Assembly: GCA_046732155.1 (NCBI GenBank)
Contig: JBKPMM010000183.1
Coordinates: 1 to 39,839, forward strand
Length of the DNA stretch: 39,839 nt
From: Chloroflexota bacterium
GTDB lineage: Bacteria > Chloroflexota > Limnocylindria > Limnocylindrales > CSP1-4
Direction: 5' to 3'
The position numbers were made by a program, and so were the translations under genes. Of the stretch, positions 35,067 to 39,839 are shown in pieces (within the stretch, counting starts at the first letter, position 1; every line of letters starts with the position of its first letter). The notes under the pieces were generated by a model. It ran no database searches. It worked only from the letters and a program-made list of their open reading frames with translations, and was not told the origin of the DNA.

Positions 35067-36626
35067 TCACGATGCCAATGCGGCGTGCTTCAGCATCGGT
35101 GAGCGATACCAGGCGGCCTCCTCGACGTGCGCGACTTCGACCCCGATCGTTCCGTCCAGATCGGCGATCGTCCGTGCGACCCGGAGCAAACGCTCCGTAC
35201 CGCGCCCGCTCGCGAGCTCAGCTTCGGCGAGGTCCGCGACCCGTCGCGTTGCCGCCTCGGAGAGACGGCATGCGCGACGTAGCGCGCGACCGCGAAGGCG
35301 CGCGTTGATGCGCCCGCGGTCGAGTGCCGCTCGGGCTCTTGCGTCCGCGATCCGCGAACTCACGGTCGCCGAATCCTCCGGATCCTGTCCGGAGATCAGC
35401 GTGGCCGACGGGACCCGTGGCATCGAGACCCACAGATCGATCCGATCGCGGAGCGGCCCCGAGACGCGTCGCGCATACCGCTCGATCTCGGGGATCGTGC
35501 AACGACAACGATCCTCGGGATAGGAACCTGCGAAGCCGCAGGGGCACGGGTTCATCGCCGCGACCAGCTGGAAGCGGGCGGGGAACGTCATGACCCGTCC
35601 CGCCCGCGCGATGAGGATCCGACCCTCCTCGAGCGGCTGACGGAGCGCCTCGAGGACATCGCGGTCGAACTCGGCGAGCTCGTCGAGGAAAAGGACGCCA
35701 TCGTGGGCGCGCGTGATCTCGCCCGGTGACAGCGTGGGTCCTCCGCCGACCATCGCGGCGTACGACAGCGTGTGATGAGGGGATCTGAACGGGGGTTGTC
35801 GCCGGAGCTCCGTGATCGGCCCTTCGCCGGCCGCCGAGGCCACGATCGAGACCGACAGAGCGGCAGCGTCGTCGAGCGGCGGCAGCAACCCAGGGATCGT
35901 CCGCGCGAGCAGCGTCTTGCCGACGCCCGGTGGGCCCGTCATGAGCAGCCCGTGCCCGCCGGCAAGCGCGATCTCGAGCGCGCGACGTGCGCCCGCCTGT
36001 CCGCGGACCTCGCGGAGATCCGGAACGGCGTTGACGGTGGCCGCGAGAGGCTGAGCGGCGCCCGCTTCGGCCTCGGCGACCGTGACGCGGGGCATGGCGA
36101 CCGGCGGCTTGCGCGGCCGTCGGCGTCGGACCATCGTCGTCGCCACGGCAAGCGAATCGGCGCCGATCGTCTCGATCCCCGCGACCAACCGAGCCTCCTC
36201 GACGGCAGCGGTGGCGACCACGACCCGCTCGATACCGCGGTCGGCCAACGCCGCCACCATCGGCAGGATCCCAGGCACGGCCCGTATGTCACCGTCGAGT
36301 CCGAGCTCGCCGATGAATCCAACGGCCGCTGGGCCAGCACGGACCTGTTCGGAGCCCAACAGGATGCCGATCGCGATCGCGAGATCGAGGGAGGCACCCG
36401 TCTTGCGCAGCTCGGCGGGCGCGAGGTTGACCGTCAAGCGCCGCGGCGGGAATACGAACCCCGAGTTCCTGATCGCGCCGCGGACACGCTCGCGCGCCTC
36501 TTGGACAGCGGTGTCACCAAGGCCGACGACCGTGAAGCCCGGGAGCCCGGGTGCGACATCCACCTCGACGCGGATCGGACGCCCATCGAGGCCGAAGAGC
36601 GTGGCGGAGGGGACGACGGCCAACAT
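35067..36626 (-). CDS. comM: YifB/ComM-family Mg-chelatase-like AAA+ ATPase
   Basis: Lon-protease-like N-domain (FGLDGRPIRVEVDVAPGLPGFTVVGLGDTAVQEARERV...DLAIAIGIL), Walker A GPPGVGKTLL, GVLFLDELAEF, and the Cys-rich insert PCPCGF...CRC. Confidence 0.92.
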   Translation of the reverse strand: MLAVVPSATLFGLDGRPIRVEVDVAPGLPGFTVVGLGDTAVQEARERVRGAIRNSGFVFPPRRLTVNLAPAELRKTGASLDLAIAIGILLGSEQVRAGPAAVGFIGELGLDGDIRAVPGILPMVAALADRGIERVVVATAAVEEARLVAGIETIGADSLAVATTMVRRRRPRKPPVAMPRVTVAEAEAGAAQPLAATVNAVPDLREVRGQAGARRALEIALAGGHGLLMTGPPGVGKTLLARTIPGLLPPLDDAAALSVSIVASAAGEGPITELRRQPPFRSPHHTLSYAAMVGGGPTLSPGEITRAHDGVLFLDELAEFDRDVLEALRQPLEEGRILIARAGRVMTFPARFQLVAAMNPCPCGFAGSYPEDRCRCTIPEIERYARRVSGPLRDRIDLWVSMPRVPSATLISGQDPEDSATVSSRIADARARAALDRGRINARLRGRALRRACRLSEAATRRVADLAEAELASGRGTERLLRVARTIADLDGTIGVEVAHVEEAAWYRSPMLKHAALAS

Positions 36627-36632
36627 GCCGCC

Positions 36633-36638
36633 ACGCTA
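36633..36638 (-). promoter_or_regulatory. -10-like TAGCGT, 6 nt upstream of the comM ATG 36626
   Basis: The reverse strand reads ccggTAGCGTggcggcATG. Confidence 0.35.
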
Positions 36639-36706
36639 CCGGCGACCGCTCACCTGGGGCTTACGCGCGACTTACCGCCCGCGAAACCCGAGCTTGCGTG
36701 GAGCGG

Positions 36707-37876
36707 CTAGCGAGCCCCGACGGGCTGCGCCTGAGCGGCTGCCGACATCTTGTCGACAGCGCGGACGAACTGGAGCACCGACCCGCCGAGCGGCGAGTCC
36801 GCCTTGGTGAACATGAACGGGGCGCCCGAGTTGAGCGCGCTGATCGCGCCGCGGTACTCATTGACGACCTGATGGTCGATGTTGCGGCGCAACGCACCCT
36901 CGGCGTTCTTGACATTGATCCCCGTGAACGCGTTCGAGCGGTTGAGGACCAGCTGGACCTTCTCGGGTCCGTACCCGAGATGGCCCATCGTCTCGAGGAT
37001 CAGCCGCACGTTCTTGAGGCACGAGAGATCGGCGGTCATCACCACGAAGACCGTCTCGGCAGCCTCGAATACACCCAGGTTCACGTCATCGAGCCGCTTG
37101 TCGACGTCGACCAGGATGTAGTCGTACATCGACGTCAGTTGATCGGTGATGAAGGGCAGGTGCTCGGGCCGGACGAGCTCGGCGGTCTCGGGCGACGGCG
37201 GCGCAAGCAGCAGGTCGATGCCCGAGTCGTGCTTGACGATGACATTGCGGATCAGGTCCGCATCGATCGACGGTGCCGTGACGATGTCGACGATGCTCTT
37301 GCGGTCGAGCCCGAGGTCGAGGAAGACGCGGTGGTCGCCGAACTGGAGGTTGCCGTCGACGAGGCACACCTTGCGGCCTAGCTCGCGGTGGAACGCGATC
37401 GCCGCGTTGATCGCGATCGTGGTCGTCCCGACGCCGCCCTTCGCGCCGTAGAACGCGAGGATACGCCCCATCGGCGGGCGGGCGAGGAGGGTGTCACGCG
37501 GCGCGAAGCGTGCCAGCAGACTCTTGATGCGGGCGAGCAGCTCCGCGGGATGGAACGGCTTGATGAGGTAGTCGTCCGCGCCCGCGCGCAGACCGCGAAC
37601 CTTCTGTTCGACCTCACGCTCCGCAGTGAGCATGATGATCGGCACGTGCGAGGCGCCGGCCTCCTGCTCGCGGATCTTCTGGGCGACCTGATAGCCGTCG
37701 AGCTTGGGCAGCATGACGTCCAGGAGGACGAGGTCCGGGATCTCCTGGCCCCAGAGCCGGAAGCCTTCTGCGCCGTCCCCGGCGATGACGACGTCGTAGC
37801 CCTCTTGCTTCAGGGTGTACTGAAGCAGGCGCTGGACGTTCGGGTCGTCATCGACGACGAGGATCTTGGCTGCCAT
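36707..37876 (-). CDS. Response-regulator receiver domain fused to a CpaE/TadZ-type (ParA/MinD superfamily) ATPase
   Basis: REC: KILVVDDDPN, DLVLLDVMLPKLDG, IIMLTA, DDYLIKPF (all canonical phospho-acceptor positions present). ATPase: FYGAKGGVGTTTIAINAA, an atypical Walker A lacking the GK[ST] lysine, as in TadZ/CpaE. SD GGAGG at 37881-37885. Confidence 0.85.
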   Translation of the reverse strand: MAAKILVVDDDPNVQRLLQYTLKQEGYDVVIAGDGAEGFRLWGQEIPDLVLLDVMLPKLDGYQVAQKIREQEAGASHVPIIMLTAEREVEQKVRGLRAGADDYLIKPFHPAELLARIKSLLARFAPRDTLLARPPMGRILAFYGAKGGVGTTTIAINAAIAFHRELGRKVCLVDGNLQFGDHRVFLDLGLDRKSIVDIVTAPSIDADLIRNVIVKHDSGIDLLLAPPSPETAELVRPEHLPFITDQLTSMYDYILVDVDKRLDDVNLGVFEAAETVFVVMTADLSCLKNVRLILETMGHLGYGPEKVQLVLNRSNAFTGINVKNAEGALRRNIDHQVVNEYRGAISALNSGAPFMFTKADSPLGGSVLQFVRAVDKMSAAAQAQPVGAR

Positions 37877-37938
37877 CTGACCTCCAGGGCATCACCGCGA
37901 CGGGCACCGGGGTCGACCCTAGCCACCCCGGAGGAGCG

Positions 37939-37944
37939 ATTATA
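37939..37944 (-). promoter_or_regulatory. Perfect TATAAT -10 box, 62 nt upstream of the REC-CpaE ATG; overlaps the TAA stop of the upstream hydrolase
   Basis: The reverse strand reads gacCTATAATcgctcc. This is the only consensus TATAAT I noticed, and no good -35 is present. Confidence 0.4.
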
Positions 37945-38950
37945 GGTCGCGTCCCTCGTCGCGCTGATCGTGGTCGCGGGCAGTGCGGAATGCCATCCGC
38001 AGATGGTCCGTCACGCGACGCTCATAGTCCTGTGGCGCGACCGCGTGCGACCGGCTGTGATCGGCCCCAGGCACGGTCCAGAGCGCGGTCGTCGGCCCGC
38101 CTGCGGCAGCGAGCCGCCGGGCATCCTCGAGCGGCACGGTCGTGTCCGCTTCGCCTTGGATCAGCAGCAACGGCACGGGTGCGACGAGCCCGACCACCCG
38201 CATCGGCTCCGTGTCGCGGGGGTCGGCCCCCAGGCGGCGCGCCGCGCCATCGAACGCGCGGGCGGCGAGGAAGTGTCGTAACGGGGTGCCCATCCTGTTC
38301 GCCACCGCGAGCTCCGCCTCCGGGCTGACCGACTCGGCGACGATGCCCACGACCACGGGACGTGGCGCGTTCACGTCCGCGCGCGGCGCGTCGGGTGTCG
38401 CGTCCGCAGCGGGCAGCGACCCGTCGCCGAGCACCGCGACGGCGCTGATCGCGGCCATCCCGCCCATCGACGTCCCGAACAGCGCGACCCGCCGGATCCC
38501 GCGCTCACCGAGCCACGCCAAGGCCCCCGCGATGTCCTCGACTTCGAGCATGCCGAACGTCGACGGCCCCGGATCCGAGTCCCCGTGCCCGCGGAAGTCG
38601 AGGCCGAAGATGTTCGCCGTCCGTCGCAGGAACGGTCCGTACTCGACGAGATCGGGAGCGACCGAACCCGAATAGCCATGGAGGACGACGATCGCCTCGT
38701 AGGGGTCGGGCGACCAGTCGGCGTCGCCGCCTTCTGCCGGGAGCCAGCGACCAGCGAGCCGCAGTCCGTCGCGTGACCGAAGGCGGATCACCTCGCCGCC
38801 GAGCGCGTCGAGGTCGCCGGCGATGGCCGCCTCGCCCGGGGCGACCCGAGGCGCATCGAGCAATCGGTCCCCGGCGCGCTTCCCGAGCGCGCGCAACCCG
38901 ATGACCGAAGCGGCCGCAGCGGCGGACGCCGCCATCGCTCGTTTGATCAT
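37940..38950 (-). CDS. Alpha/beta hydrolase with an N-terminal membrane anchor
   Basis: MIKRAMAASAAAAASVIGL anchor, HGYSGS oxyanion region, the nucleophile elbow GTSMGG, and late D/H residues (GEADTTVP, GADHS). ATG 38950 overlaps the Nudix gene stop (ATGA). Confidence 0.75.
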   Translation of the reverse strand: MIKRAMAASAAAAASVIGLRALGKRAGDRLLDAPRVAPGEAAIAGDLDALGGEVIRLRSRDGLRLAGRWLPAEGGDADWSPDPYEAIVVLHGYSGSVAPDLVEYGPFLRRTANIFGLDFRGHGDSDPGPSTFGMLEVEDIAGALAWLGERGIRRVALFGTSMGGMAAISAVAVLGDGSLPAADATPDAPRADVNAPRPVVVGIVAESVSPEAELAVANRMGTPLRHFLAARAFDGAARRLGADPRDTEPMRVVGLVAPVPLLLIQGEADTTVPLEDARRLAAAGGPTTALWTVPGADHSRSHAVAPQDYERRVTDHLRMAFRTARDHDQRDEGRDL

Positions 38951-39549
38951 CGACCCGGTGCCGTGCGGGCCGTCTCGAGCGCGTCGAACACGATCCGGCT
39001 CCACGTCTCGAGGTGCTCGGCGCTGGCCGCGACCTCGGCAGGCGTCGCGAATGCGCCGGACAACTTCTCGGTCTCGCGGACGCTGACCGCGCGCCCGTCA
39101 GCATCGGCAAGGATCACGACACCGAGGTGCACGGCGCCGACCTCGGTCGTGTCGTCGTTCAGCAGGGCGTACGGAGTGAAGATCGGTTCGAAGTCCGCCA
39201 TGAGCTCCTCGTGCCACTCGCGACGAAGTCCGCCCGCCAGATCCTCATCACCGTGGTCGACGTGCCCTCCGACGCCGATCGACCAGCGATCGTGCAGCCG
39301 GGCATCACCCCCCGCTTTCGTCCGGCGCATCAGGAAGTAGCGCTCGCCGTCGCGCAACACGAGGTACGGGATGATCTGCTTGAAGCTCGGGTCGATCTCC
39401 ATCGCGGCGCGCGGCTCGTATCGACCGTGCTCGGCAACGACGTCGAGGAAGGCGTCGATGCCGTCGGTCCGGAGCCCGTACCACGACGCCCGATCGGGCA
39501 CGACGTCACGCGGCACGACCAGGATGCGTTCGTAGTCCCGATCGCTCAT
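38947..39549 (-). CDS. Nudix-fold hydrolase family protein
   Basis: Nudix-box-like GVGGHVDHGDEDLAGGLRREWHEEL, preceded by FKQIIPYLVLRDGERYFLMRR. ATG 39549 overlaps the upstream stop (ATGA). The listed 32-aa N-terminal extension is Arg-rich noise. Confidence 0.7.
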   Translation of the reverse strand: MSDRDYERILVVPRDVVPDRASWYGLRTDGIDAFLDVVAEHGRYEPRAAMEIDPSFKQIIPYLVLRDGERYFLMRRTKAGGDARLHDRWSIGVGGHVDHGDEDLAGGLRREWHEELMADFEPIFTPYALLNDDTTEVGAVHLGVVILADADGRAVSVRETEKLSGAFATPAEVAASAEHLETWSRIVFDALETARTAPGR

Positions 39550-39839
39550 CCGGACGTCTCGTCCAGGCGGTCGCGTGCCGCTTGCAGCCGCGACGCGATG
39601 GCTTCGGTGTCCGGTCCGCCATCGCGGTCGAGCTCTGTGAGCCATCCCTCGAGTACGGCGACCAGATCACCGATCCGATCGGCGATCGGCCCGGCATTCG
39701 TCGACAGGATCCCGGCTCCCATCTCGACGTCGCCCTTCGCAAGGCGCGTCATGCCGCGCCAGCCCGTCGCGGCCAGGTCTGCGGCGACCGGCCAGCCGTC
39801 CCTGTCGCTCCCAGGACGACCGGCGACCGCTTCGACGAG
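39546..39839 (-). CDS. Hypothetical protein, C-terminal part only (5' end outside window)
   Basis: The frame is open from the window edge (LVEAVAGRPGSDRDGWPVAADLAATGWRGMTRLAKGDVEMGAG...) to stop TGA 39546-39548. No family recognised. Confidence 0.45.
   Translation of the reverse strand, partial: LVEAVAGRPGSDRDGWPVAADLAATGWRGMTRLAKGDVEMGAGILSTNAGPIADRIGDLVAVLEGWLTELDRDGGPDTEAIASRLQAARDRLDETSG

Noticed and set aside
1-39839. Search for tRNA, rRNA, tmRNA, CRISPR repeats, IS elements and riboswitch-sized leaders
   Set aside because: Non-coding gaps are nearly all under 120 nt. None shows tRNA T-loop-like GGTTCGAATCC-type motifs, regularly spaced direct repeats or terminal inverted repeats. By-eye scanning has limited sensitivity, so covariance-model scans would be needed for certainty.

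Overview
A 39.8 kb chromosomal window of very GC-rich DNA (about 70% G+C by eye, not computed). Gene content and synteny fit a monoderm-type bacterium, either Chloroflexota or a deep Actinomycetota lineage; this cannot be resolved without a database search. I call 35 protein genes, 29 on the minus strand, including an unbroken co-directional run from about 39839 down to 16246. I found no rRNA, tRNA, CRISPR array, transposase or prophage signature. Recognisable housekeeping genes are mnmA with a partner cysteine desulfurase, typA/bipA, aspS, hisS, rel, murE, murJ, xerC/D-type recombinase, topA, dprA and comM/yifB. Between them sit accessory-looking genes: (1) a secreted lysyl-oxidase-like enzyme fused to three SLH-like wall-binding repeats; (2) a tightly coupled murJ, FemAB-like, FemAB-like, murE, EamA peptidoglycan-branching module; (3) a CYTH-like::Ppx/GppA fusion next to a stand-alone CYTH protein, about 3 kb from rel; (4) an output-less membrane sensor between rel and hisS; (5) a canonical REC domain fused to a CpaE/TadZ-type ATPase with no tad genes nearby. 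Two genome-style signals are visible directly in the sequence. TAnnnT or TGCTAnnnT -10 boxes sit 6-9 nt upstream of many start codons, suggesting leaderless transcripts. Translationally coupled genes overlap by 4 nt (GTGA, ATGA, TTGA, possibly CTGA). All family assignments come from motif recognition by eye, not from searches. The long plus-strand ORFs opposite minus-strand genes are antisense shadow ORFs.
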